26,135 bases of DNA from a virus (lineage: Duplodnaviria; Caudoviricetes), in IMG/VR virus record IMGVR_UViG_3300017774_004763, positions 1-26,135 of that record; one strand, written 5' to 3'. A program made the translations under genes and the position numbers. Below the pieces are notes generated by a model. That model was not told the origin of the DNA. It ran no database searches and saw only the letters and a list, made by a program, of their open reading frames with translations. Shown here piece by piece: positions 1 through 6,954 of the stretch. Positions within the stretch are counted from its first letter, which is position 1. The number at the start of each line of letters is the position of its first letter.

Positions 1-1
1 T

Positions 2-382
2 ATTGGTTCACCGTCATCATCAGCAGCAGGATTATTTGTAACTGATGCTGCATCAACTGTTACTATTTCAACGATGACATTTAGTGCGGTTGGAACTTCA
101 CCAGTTATTGGTTTTGTTAAGTTTAAAAACATAGCACCCACTATTACTGTGACAAAAGCAGATAATACAACAGAACAACTTGTTGACCCTTCAACTACTG
201 ATATACCAGTAATCGCTGATGTAAGAGACGGTATAGTTTATGCAACTGGGTCATTAACAGGAACACTAAAAGTTCCACCAACTAATGCTGTAAGTGTGGG
301 TGTTCCAACTGATAACACAATAGGTACTGCGGTTATTGATATAAATGATATGGGTGCTTTATTAGCTTCATATATTGTTTAG
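2..382 (+). CDS. 3' part of a phage structural (fibre/appendage-like) protein, truncated at window start
   Basis: The frame of ORF 74..382 is open back to position 2 (IGSPSSSAAGLFVTDAASTVTISTM...), so the true start lies upstream of the window. Thr/Gly/Val-rich, ends DVRDGIVYATGSLTGTLKVPPTNAVSVGVPTDNTIGTAV, next to fibre genes. Confidence 0.6.
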   Translation: MGSPSSSAAGLFVTDAASTVTISTMTFSAVGTSPVIGFVKFKNIAPTITVTKADNTTEQLVDPSTTDIPVIADVRDGIVYATGSLTGTLKVPPTNAVSVGVPTDNTIGTAVIDINDMGALLASYIV

Positions 383-435
383 TGAAATATAAAAAAATAT
401 TTAATCAATTTAATCATTTTTTTTAATAAAAAAAT

Positions 436-443
436 ATATTTAT
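436..443 (+). promoter_or_regulatory. putative phage late-promoter motif ATATTTAT
   Basis: 15 nt upstream of ATG 459; same motif precedes eight other starts in the window. Confidence 0.55.
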
Positions 444-458
444 ATAAAAACAAATAAC

Positions 459-923
459 ATGGCAATAACAAAATACATTATTAATGAATTATCTAATCAA
501 ACAATTACTGGTGATTTAAATATATTTGGTAATCTATCTGGTTCAACTTTTTATGGTGATGGTTCAAATTTAGGTGGTGTTGAATTCACTGGTGGTACTG
601 TTTCTGGTGCAACAACATTTACAAATGGGTTGTCTGGTGATACAATTTCGGCTACAACATTTTATAGTGATACAATATTTACAAATAGTATTAGTGGTAA
701 CACAATGTCAGCTACAACATTTTATGGTAATGGTTCAAATTTAGGTGGTGTTGTTGGGCTAACTTATGATGATTTAGGGTTTACAGTAACTTCCTTACCA
801 TCTGGTATAAATCAAGATGTGGTTTTACCATATAATGCTACAGTAACATACCCAACACCATTAATAATTAGTGGTGGTCATGTGGTAACAATACCATCTG
901 GAACAACATTAACAATCATATAA
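459..923 (+). CDS. small tail-fibre/appendage-associated protein
   Basis: 154 aa with repeated TFYG(D/N)GSNLGGV and ATTF motifs typical of phage fibre segments; beta-rich C-terminus PLIISGGHVVTIPSGTTLTII; upstream motif and A-rich leader. Confidence 0.6.
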   Translation: MAITKYIINELSNQTITGDLNIFGNLSGSTFYGDGSNLGGVEFTGGTVSGATTFTNGLSGDTISATTFYSDTIFTNSISGNTMSATTFYGNGSNLGGVVGLTYDDLGFTVTSLPSGINQDVVLPYNATVTYPTPLIISGGHVVTIPSGTTLTII

Positions 924-931
924 AATAAAAA

Positions 932-1083
932 AAAAATAAAATGAGTACAATAAACGTAGATATTATATCTGGAAATGCTTCAGATTTAGTTCAAATAAAT
1001 GGTAGAGTAGCTGAAGGTGGTACTTTAACAACAACATTAGTATAATAATAATAATTAAATAAAAATAAAATGAGTACAATAAA
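932..1083 (+). repeat. 23-bp direct repeat AAAAATAAAATGAGTACAATAAA at 932-954 and 1061-1083
   Basis: Exact match read directly; continues as cgtagata / tgtaaata with two mismatches. Confidence 0.85.
941..1045 (+). pseudogene. 34-aa truncated paralog of the downstream fibre gene (MSTINVDIISGNASDLVQINGRVAEGGTLTTTLV); remnant or mini-gene
   Basis: ATG 941 to TAA 1043-1045; shares leader and first codons with gene 1070 (23-bp exact repeat) and aligns MSTINVD..SG...D.VQIN with MSTINVN..PQSGDNVEVN. Confidence 0.55.
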
Positions 1084-2011
1084 TGTAAATAGTATATTAC
1101 CTCAATCAGGTGATAACGTAGAGGTTAATAAAATAGTTATAAAAGATGTTGTGAACGGTCCATTTATTTTATATGGTGGTTCAGAATATAATCAAAATAA
1201 TTCAACTGGTAGTGGTGTAACTATTATTGGTAATCAAGCTATGATTGCTAATACAGGTGTTAGAAATACTGCGATTGGCGCACTTGCTATGAGAAGTAAT
1301 ATTTCAGGTATAAATAATACTACTGTTGGTCATCAGGCAAATTATTATAATACAGTAGGTGATAATAATACTGTTCTTGGTAAAGATGCTGCATTAGGTC
1401 AAAATGGTTTGTCAACATTTGATGGTGTAACTGCGATTGGTAATCAAGCTTTAAATACTTTAACTACTGGTTCTACAAATACAGCAATCGGTATATCTGC
1501 TGGTTTTTCTTTAACTAGTGGTAGTTTTAATACTTATTTAGGTGCACAATCTGGTAGTTTACTTCAAACTGGTAATAATAATATTATTATAGGGTATGAT
1601 TCTCAAGCAGCATCAACATCATCAAGTAATTCAATAACTTTAGGTAATAGTTTAAATAATGTACTTCGTTGTGCTGTAACAAGCATTACATCATTATCTG
1701 ATGCTAGAGATAAAAAAGAAGTTGTTAAACTATCAGCTGGTCTTGATTTTGTTAAAGGATTGAAACCAGTTGAATTTGTATGGAATGACAGAAATAAAAA
1801 TGGTAAACACAACATTAAAGATTTTGGGTTTATTGCACAGGACTTAAAGAAATCTCAAGAAGATGCTAACTTATCAGATACACTTAAATTAGTTTACGAA
1901 GAAAATCCTGAAAAATTAGAGGCTAGTTATGGAAAACTTATTCCAATTCTTGTTAAAGCTATACAAGATTTATCTGCTAAAGTTGAAGCTTTAGAAGCTA
2001 AAAATAAATAA
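1070..2011 (+). CDS. tail fibre/spike protein with C-terminal intramolecular chaperone (Peptidase_S74) domain
   Basis: About 14-aa NTAIG/NTTVG/NTVLG/NTYLG repeats (trimeric beta-roll head type), then S-D-x-R-x-K cleavage motif (SDARDK, Ser210 at 1697), LKPVEFVW, GFIAQDL, YGKLIPILVKAIQDL and a terminal coiled coil. Confidence 0.88.
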   Translation: MSTINVNSILPQSGDNVEVNKIVIKDVVNGPFILYGGSEYNQNNSTGSGVTIIGNQAMIANTGVRNTAIGALAMRSNISGINNTTVGHQANYYNTVGDNNTVLGKDAALGQNGLSTFDGVTAIGNQALNTLTTGSTNTAIGISAGFSLTSGSFNTYLGAQSGSLLQTGNNNIIIGYDSQAASTSSSNSITLGNSLNNVLRCAVTSITSLSDARDKKEVVKLSAGLDFVKGLKPVEFVWNDRNKNGKHNIKDFGFIAQDLKKSQEDANLSDTLKLVYEENPEKLEASYGKLIPILVKAIQDLSAKVEALEAKNK

Positions 2012-2060
2012 TTATAAGTACAATTAATATTACAACCAATTATAATTAAAAATATAAATT

Positions 2061-2090
2061 AAAAGAAGCTGGAAATATCCAGCTTTTTTT
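2061..2090. terminator. bidirectional intrinsic terminator
   Basis: Stem AAGCTGGA-aata-TCCAGCTT (2066-2085) with T-run downstream and A-rich flank upstream, between convergent genes 1070..2011 (+) and 2089..2238 (-). Confidence 0.8.
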
Positions 2091-2238
2091 ATTCACCATA
2101 TAAATCTTTTGGTTTTATACATTTTTCTTTTATTATCTTTTCGACAAATGAAAACATTTTTAATCCATTTTCTTCACAGTATTGTTTTAATATTGCATGT
2201 GTATTTGGGGTAATTTTAAGGTTTTTACTACGTTTCAT
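2089..2238 (-). CDS. 49-aa ribbon-helix-helix (CopG/Arc-like) DNA-binding protein
   Basis: Not in the ORF track. Translates MKRSKNLKITPNTHAILKQYCEENGLKMFSFVEKIIKEKCIKPKDLYGE: alternating beta-strand KNLKI, helix THAILKQYCEEN, turn G-L-K, helix MFSFVEKIIKE. Own ATATTTAT motif 13 nt upstream on the minus strand and a terminator right after the stop. Confidence 0.72.
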   Translation of the reverse strand: MKRSKNLKITPNTHAILKQYCEENGLKMFSFVEKIIKEKCIKPKDLYGE

Positions 2239-2251
2239 AAAGTGTTTAATA

Positions 2252-2259
2252 ATAAATAT
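2252..2259 (-). promoter_or_regulatory. ATATTTAT motif for the divergent RHH gene
   Basis: + strand ATAAATAT at 2252-2259 reads ATATTTAT on the minus strand, 13 nt before the ATG at 2238. Confidence 0.55.
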
Positions 2260-2283
2260 GACAAAAGTAATACATTTGTCATA
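2257..2283. promoter_or_regulatory. inverted repeat TATGACAAA-N9-TTTGTCATA, candidate operator
   Basis: Perfect 9-bp arms (2257-2265, 2275-2283) overlapping the minus-strand promoter motif in the divergent intergenic region. Confidence 0.55.
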
Positions 2284-2287
2284 CTAT

Positions 2288-2310
2288 TTTTTGTTGTATA
2301 ACAACAAAAA
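2288..2310. promoter_or_regulatory. inverted repeat TTTTTGTTGT-ATA-ACAACAAAAA, candidate operator or hairpin
   Basis: Perfect 10-bp arms with 3-nt spacer, 22 nt upstream of the sheath promoter motif. Confidence 0.45.
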
Positions 2311-2332
2311 GAATTTTTTCGTTTTTTACTGT

Positions 2333-2340
2333 ATATTTAT
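2333..2340 (+). promoter_or_regulatory. putative late-promoter motif ATATTTAT (tail sheath)
   Basis: 43 nt upstream of ATG 2384. Confidence 0.55.
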
Positions 2341-2383
2341 TATAAAATGAGTCAAGATAATAATAAATTAAAAAAAGTAAATA

Positions 2384-5218
2384 ATGTCAGATAAAGTATT
2401 CGTTAGTCCAGGTGTCTATACATCCGAAAAAGATTTAACATTCGTTACACGTCAAGTTGGTGTAACAACATTAGGGTTAGTTGGTGAGACAACTCAAGGA
2501 CCAGCTTTCCAACCTATTTTCGTTTCTAACTATGATGAATTTAGGTCGTTTTTTGGTGGTTTAAATGCTACCAGAATTAAAGACACTGGTGCACCTAAGT
2601 ATGAATTACCATACATTGCAAAATCATATTTATCACAATCAAACCAATTATTTGTAACAAGAGTATTAGGTTTTTCTGGTTATGATGCTGGTTTAGCTTG
2701 GGGTATCACATTAAGTGCTGCATTGGACCCAGCAACAATTGGTGTAGTTTCTACTTCAACTTATGACCCATTAATATCATTTGTAGCAACACCTAGTGGT
2801 GTAATTACAAGTTTTGTATCTGCTGATGCAGTTGTTCAAGACTTATGGGATAATGGTTATTTAAATTTAGATTATTTAGCGTCTTCTTCTGTTGGACCAC
2901 TTACGTCAATACCAGTGGTATTTGAAAAAGTTGGTACTGCATTCCAGGGTGCTGAAATTGATAACTTCTATTTAGTTTCATCAACATCTAATGCTAATGG
3001 TATTACGGGTGTTACATCTGGTGATACTATTGTTTATTCAGGTACTGGTTATGCTGGTGTTGAAAATAAAGTAGTTGCTTTGTTACGTTCTAGAGGTAAA
3101 TACAATGGTTCTGAACAATTGGTATTTGAAGTTTCTGCAAACACACAAGTTACATTTGGTACAACACCAACTTCTGCTGAATTTAGCCCTTATGGTGATT
3201 TCTCACTTACTGGGTCATCAAATATTTCTGGTGCATTTAGTTATGTGTTGTCATTTGATAAAACTAAGAAAAATTATATTACAAATGTATTAGGTAGAGA
3301 CCCACAAGATGGTAAGACGGCATTGTTTGTTGAAGAAATCTATGAAAATATGTTTAATGATTATATTACTAATGATGAAGTGTTAGGTATTAATATTACA
3401 AACTTAGTTGAATACAATAGAACATTTGATGATTATAAAAAAGAATTTCAACCAGCGGTAACTCCGTGGGTTGTATCTGAACTTCGTGGTACAAACTTAA
3501 TGAGATTATTCAGACTTTGGACAATTTCTGATGGTAATGCTGCTAATAAACAATTTAAAATTTCAATTAGAAACATCCAACCAGATGCTAAAGAATTTGA
3601 TTTAATAGTTAGAAGTTATTATGATACTGATGCTAGACCAAATATTTTAGAAGCTTATACTAGATGTTCAATGAATCCATCTTCAAATAGTTACATAGCT
3701 AAAAGAATTGGTACATTAGATGGTGAATTTGCTTCAATGTCAAACTATATTTTAGTTGAGATGGAAACTGAATCTAATACTTCAGATGCTTTCCCAGCTG
3801 GATTTATTGGTTACCCACAAATTGATTATACTGAAAACAATAATACAACTGTTCAAGCTCCAACTATTGAGTATAAAAGAACATACGGTGCATTTGAAAA
3901 TAAACGTAAATATTATTTAGGTTTAACTGATACATTAGGTATCGACCAAGATTTCTTTGACTACAAAGGTGCTCCAGATAGTACAACAACTGATATTTGG
4001 ACTGGTATGACTTATGGTTTCCATATGGATGTTAATGCTAGTGCTGCAACAATTGATAATGTTCAGATTGTTATTAACCCAACTGGTGGTACATATAGCC
4101 CAGTTTACAAATTTGAAACTGGATGTTGTTCATTCCAAAATGATTTTGATTTAGCTGGAACTGATTATGAAAAAGTTTATTCTCGTAAATTTACATTCGT
4201 ACCTTTCGGTGGGTTTGATGGTTGGGACCCATATAGAACTAGAAGAACAAATACTGACCCTTATTTAATTAACGGTACTAAAGGTTCTGCTGGTTTAACT
4301 AATGGTACATTTACTAATAGAACATTATCAAACGGTGACCCAGGAATTACTTCTGATTACTATGCATACTTAGAAGCTATCTGGACATTTAAAAACCCAG
4401 AAGCAACAAATATTAATGTATTTGCAACTCCAGGTATTGATACATTTACTAATACTAATTTAATTGAAGAAGCTATTGAAATGGTTGAGCAAGATAGAGC
4501 TGACTCTTTATACATTGTAACTACACCTGACACAGATGTTGCTGGTGATGTATTAACTGTTGAAGACGTAACTGACCAATTATATGGGGAATTTGATAGT
4601 AATTACACTTGTACATACTGGCCTTGGATTCAAATTAATGATGCTGAGAATAATGTATATATTTATGTTCCACCAACAAGAGATGTTGTTAGAAACATTG
4701 CATTAACTGATAATATCGCATTCCCTTGGTTCGCTGTAGCTGGTGTTCAAAGAGGTGATGTTGATGCTATCAAAGCAAGAGTTAAATTAACATTAGGTGA
4801 AAGAGACGTATTATACGAAAATAGAGTTAACCCAATTGCAACGTTTGCATCTGAAGGTATTAAAATTTGGGGTAACAAAACATTACAAGTTAAAGAAAGT
4901 GCTCTTGACAGAATTAATGTTAGAAGATTGTTATTACAAGCTAGAAAACTTATTTCTGCTGTTGCGATTAGATTATTATTTGAACAAAATGATGATATCG
5001 TAAGAAACCAATTCTTAAGTTTGGTTAACCCAATCTTAGATAACATTAGAAGTGAAAGAGGTTTAACAGACTTTAGAGTAGTTCTTGATGTAACTCCAGA
5101 ATCAATCGATAGAAATGAGTTATGTGGTAGAATATTCTTAAAACCAACTAGAGCTTTAGAGTTTATTTGTGTTGAGTTCAACATTGTGCCAACTGGTGCT
5201 TCATTTGATGATATCTAA
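2384..5218 (+). CDS. contractile tail sheath protein (T4 gp18-like)
   Basis: N-terminal VSPGVYTSEKD, GLVGETTQGPAFQPIFVSNYDEFRSFFGG, LFVTRV; C-terminal sheath core YWPWIQI, PWFAVAGVQRG, LYENRVNPIATF, IWGNKTLQ, DRINVRRLL, LFEQND, GLTDFRV, IFLKPTRALEFI. Confidence 0.96.
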   Translation: MSDKVFVSPGVYTSEKDLTFVTRQVGVTTLGLVGETTQGPAFQPIFVSNYDEFRSFFGGLNATRIKDTGAPKYELPYIAKSYLSQSNQLFVTRVLGFSGYDAGLAWGITLSAALDPATIGVVSTSTYDPLISFVATPSGVITSFVSADAVVQDLWDNGYLNLDYLASSSVGPLTSIPVVFEKVGTAFQGAEIDNFYLVSSTSNANGITGVTSGDTIVYSGTGYAGVENKVVALLRSRGKYNGSEQLVFEVSANTQVTFGTTPTSAEFSPYGDFSLTGSSNISGAFSYVLSFDKTKKNYITNVLGRDPQDGKTALFVEEIYENMFNDYITNDEVLGINITNLVEYNRTFDDYKKEFQPAVTPWVVSELRGTNLMRLFRLWTISDGNAANKQFKISIRNIQPDAKEFDLIVRSYYDTDARPNILEAYTRCSMNPSSNSYIAKRIGTLDGEFASMSNYILVEMETESNTSDAFPAGFIGYPQIDYTENNNTTVQAPTIEYKRTYGAFENKRKYYLGLTDTLGIDQDFFDYKGAPDSTTTDIWTGMTYGFHMDVNASAATIDNVQIVINPTGGTYSPVYKFETGCCSFQNDFDLAGTDYEKVYSRKFTFVPFGGFDGWDPYRTRRTNTDPYLINGTKGSAGLTNGTFTNRTLSNGDPGITSDYYAYLEAIWTFKNPEATNINVFATPGIDTFTNTNLIEEAIEMVEQDRADSLYIVTTPDTDVAGDVLTVEDVTDQLYGEFDSNYTCTYWPWIQINDAENNVYIYVPPTRDVVRNIALTDNIAFPWFAVAGVQRGDVDAIKARVKLTLGERDVLYENRVNPIATFASEGIKIWGNKTLQVKESALDRINVRRLLLQARKLISAVAIRLLFEQNDDIVRNQFLSLVNPILDNIRSERGLTDFRVVLDVTPESIDRNELCGRIFLKPTRALEFICVEFNIVPTGASFDDI

Positions 5219-5228
5219 TAAAAATATT

Positions 5229-5258
5229 AAAAAGGGGTTATTAATTAATCCCTTTTTT
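5229..5258 (+). terminator. intrinsic terminator after sheath gene
   Basis: AAAAAGGGGTTA-ttaat-TAATCCCTTTTT stem (one G-U) ending in a T-run. Confidence 0.7.
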
Positions 5259-5278
5259 AAAAAAAATTAGAATTACCA

Positions 5279-5286
5279 ATATTTAT
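5279..5286 (+). promoter_or_regulatory. putative late-promoter motif ATATTTAT (tail tube)
   Basis: Between the terminator and ATG 5326 (39 nt upstream). Confidence 0.55.
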
Positions 5287-5325
5287 AATAAAAGATAACA
5301 AAAAAAAATTAAAAAATAAAAGAAC

Positions 5326-5814
5326 ATGGCTGATTTATTAATGAAAATGCCCGTACCTTATGAGCCAAAAAAGAAGAATAGATGGCTTTTAAGATTTCCA
5401 GCTGATTTGGGTATACAAGAATGGTGGTTAGCGTCTGCATCAAGACCATCAATTACACAGAATGAAGTTGAAATTCCCTTCTTAAATACATCTACTTGGG
5501 TAATCGGTAGATTTACTTGGGAATCTATTAGTGTAACTTTTAGAGACCCAATTGGTCCATCTGCTTCACAAGCTATTATGGAATGGGTTCGTTTACAATC
5601 AGAATCTATTACGGGTAGACAGGGTTACGCTGCTGGTTATAAAAAAGATGTTGAATTAGAAATGCTTGACCCAACTGGTGTTGTTATTGAAAAATGGCAA
5701 TTACAAGGGACGATGTTGACTAATGTTAACTTTGGTGACTTATCTATGGATGATGATGGTATTGCAGATATAACTGCTGATATGCGTTTTGACCGAGCAA
5801 TACTTTTGTTTTAG
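5326..5814 (+). CDS. tail tube protein (T4 gp19-like)
   Basis: 162 aa directly after sheath; EPKKKNRWLLRF, SRPSITQNEVEIPFLN, GRFTWESISVTFRD, IMEWVR, YKKDVELEMLDPTGVVIEKWQLQG, NFGDLS, TADMRFD. Confidence 0.93.
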   Translation: MADLLMKMPVPYEPKKKNRWLLRFPADLGIQEWWLASASRPSITQNEVEIPFLNTSTWVIGRFTWESISVTFRDPIGPSASQAIMEWVRLQSESITGRQGYAAGYKKDVELEMLDPTGVVIEKWQLQGTMLTNVNFGDLSMDDDGIADITADMRFDRAILLF

Positions 5815-5826
5815 TTTTTATTTATC

Positions 5827-5943
5827 ATGGCAAAGGCTAAAAAAGAAGGTAAACCTAAAAGAAATAGGAAGAACCTAACTAAAAGAAATAAAGTGGTTAA
5901 TAAAAATCATGAATTAATTAAACAATTAAAAGAAAACCTATAG
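5827..5943 (+). CDS. 38-aa highly basic hypothetical protein
   Basis: Not in the ORF track. MAKAKKEGKPKRNRKNLTKRNKVVNKNHELIKQLKENL fills the gap between the tube gene and the next terminator; codon usage like neighbours. Confidence 0.55.
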   Translation: MAKAKKEGKPKRNRKNLTKRNKVVNKNHELIKQLKENL

Positions 5944-5959
5944 AAATATAGGTTTTTTT
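5933..5959 (+). terminator. intrinsic terminator
   Basis: AAAACCTATA-GAAA-TATAGGTTTT, GNRA loop, followed by T-run. Confidence 0.8.
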
Positions 5960-5970
5960 ATTTTAATCAA

Positions 5971-5978
5971 ATATTTAT
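5971..5978 (+). promoter_or_regulatory. putative late-promoter motif ATATTTAT
   Basis: 12 nt upstream of ATG 5991, just after the terminator. Confidence 0.55.
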
Positions 5979-5990
5979 AATAAAATTCAA

Positions 5991-6845
5991 ATGAGAAAAC
6001 GTGATAAAAAACAAAATATTAAAAAAGTTAATTTATTAGCTGAACAAAGATTTTTAGAATCAAAAGGTTTATTAAGTGAATCGTTCCACACACCAGTAAA
6101 TGAAGACCCAATTGGTGGTGGTTATCTTGGTGATATCGGTCATGTAGATGGTAAAAATGAATTAGCTATGGTTAAAAGACAAGTTGAAGACTTAAAACCA
6201 AATTATACAATTAATTTTAGTGCTTTAAAAGTTATGGGTTTAGATTTAGAAATAACTTATGATTTAAATTCTAAACTTTATAAAGTTAGAAATAATATTA
6301 CTGGTAAGTTTTATGTTAACAATATATTATATACTCAATGTGTTGATTGTGAATTTAGAACTGCTGATGAAGTTGTTAAATTTATAAGACGTAAAGCTGA
6401 AGGTGGTGATATTAAATTTATGCCCCAACAAAATGAAGGTGTTGAAGAAGGTGATTTAAACACATATAGAAGTAATTTACAAAATACTGGTAACTATCCA
6501 TGGACAACTTATTTAGGTAATAAAGAAAAGGGTGAATCTGACGAAAAACAAAATATTAAAGATAAGGAAGGATTTGAAAATGAATTTAAAAAAATTTACG
6601 CTGGACAAACAATTGAAACAACTAACGGAACATATACTTTTTTTGATATAAAATATAAAAATAATTATGGTAATTATGATTTGATATTTACAAAACCTAA
6701 AGGTGAAAATGATTGGAGTGATACTAATCTTTGGATAACATATGACCCAACACAAGGTTATTATATTGATGAGTACAAAGGTATTAAATTAACTGATGCT
6801 GACTCAGAAGAGAAAGTAATAGAAATGCTAAGTTATAATAAATAA
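5991..6845 (+). CDS. hypothetical protein, possible virion/head-packaged protein
   Basis: 284-aa ORF bounded by its own promoter motif and terminator; basic N-terminus followed by LAE, LSE, VNE and later VEE motifs; no family recognised. Confidence 0.75.
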   Translation: MRKRDKKQNIKKVNLLAEQRFLESKGLLSESFHTPVNEDPIGGGYLGDIGHVDGKNELAMVKRQVEDLKPNYTINFSALKVMGLDLEITYDLNSKLYKVRNNITGKFYVNNILYTQCVDCEFRTADEVVKFIRRKAEGGDIKFMPQQNEGVEEGDLNTYRSNLQNTGNYPWTTYLGNKEKGESDEKQNIKDKEGFENEFKKIYAGQTIETTNGTYTFFDIKYKNNYGNYDLIFTKPKGENDWSDTNLWITYDPTQGYYIDEYKGIKLTDADSEEKVIEMLSYNK

Positions 6846-6848
6846 CAG

Positions 6849-6874
6849 AAAACCACTTGAGAGAGTGGTTTTTT
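6849..6874 (+). terminator. intrinsic terminator
   Basis: AAAACCACTT-GAGA-GAGTGGTTTT stem-loop plus T-run, 3 nt after stop 6845. Confidence 0.8.
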
Positions 6875-6909
6875 ATTTTTATATTATTTACAAAAAAACT
6901 TATTAAACT

Positions 6910-6917
6910 ATATTTAT
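6910..6917 (+). promoter_or_regulatory. putative late-promoter motif ATATTTAT
   Basis: 37 nt upstream of ATG 6955. Confidence 0.5.
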
Positions 6918-6954
6918 TTTTGAAGTTATAAATAATAGTAAATAAGTTTTAATT

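Noticed and set aside
74-76. ATG at 74 as the real start of the first gene
   Set aside because: The frame is open to the window edge with similar composition, and there is no A-rich leader.
4747-5184. 145-aa minus-strand ORF
   Set aside because: Antisense shadow of the conserved sheath C-terminus; no promoter motif or recognisable protein.
5819-5825. TATTTAT before the basic mini-ORF as a promoter
   Set aside because: Only 1 nt from the ATG and lacks the leading purine; other copies are at least 12 nt upstream.
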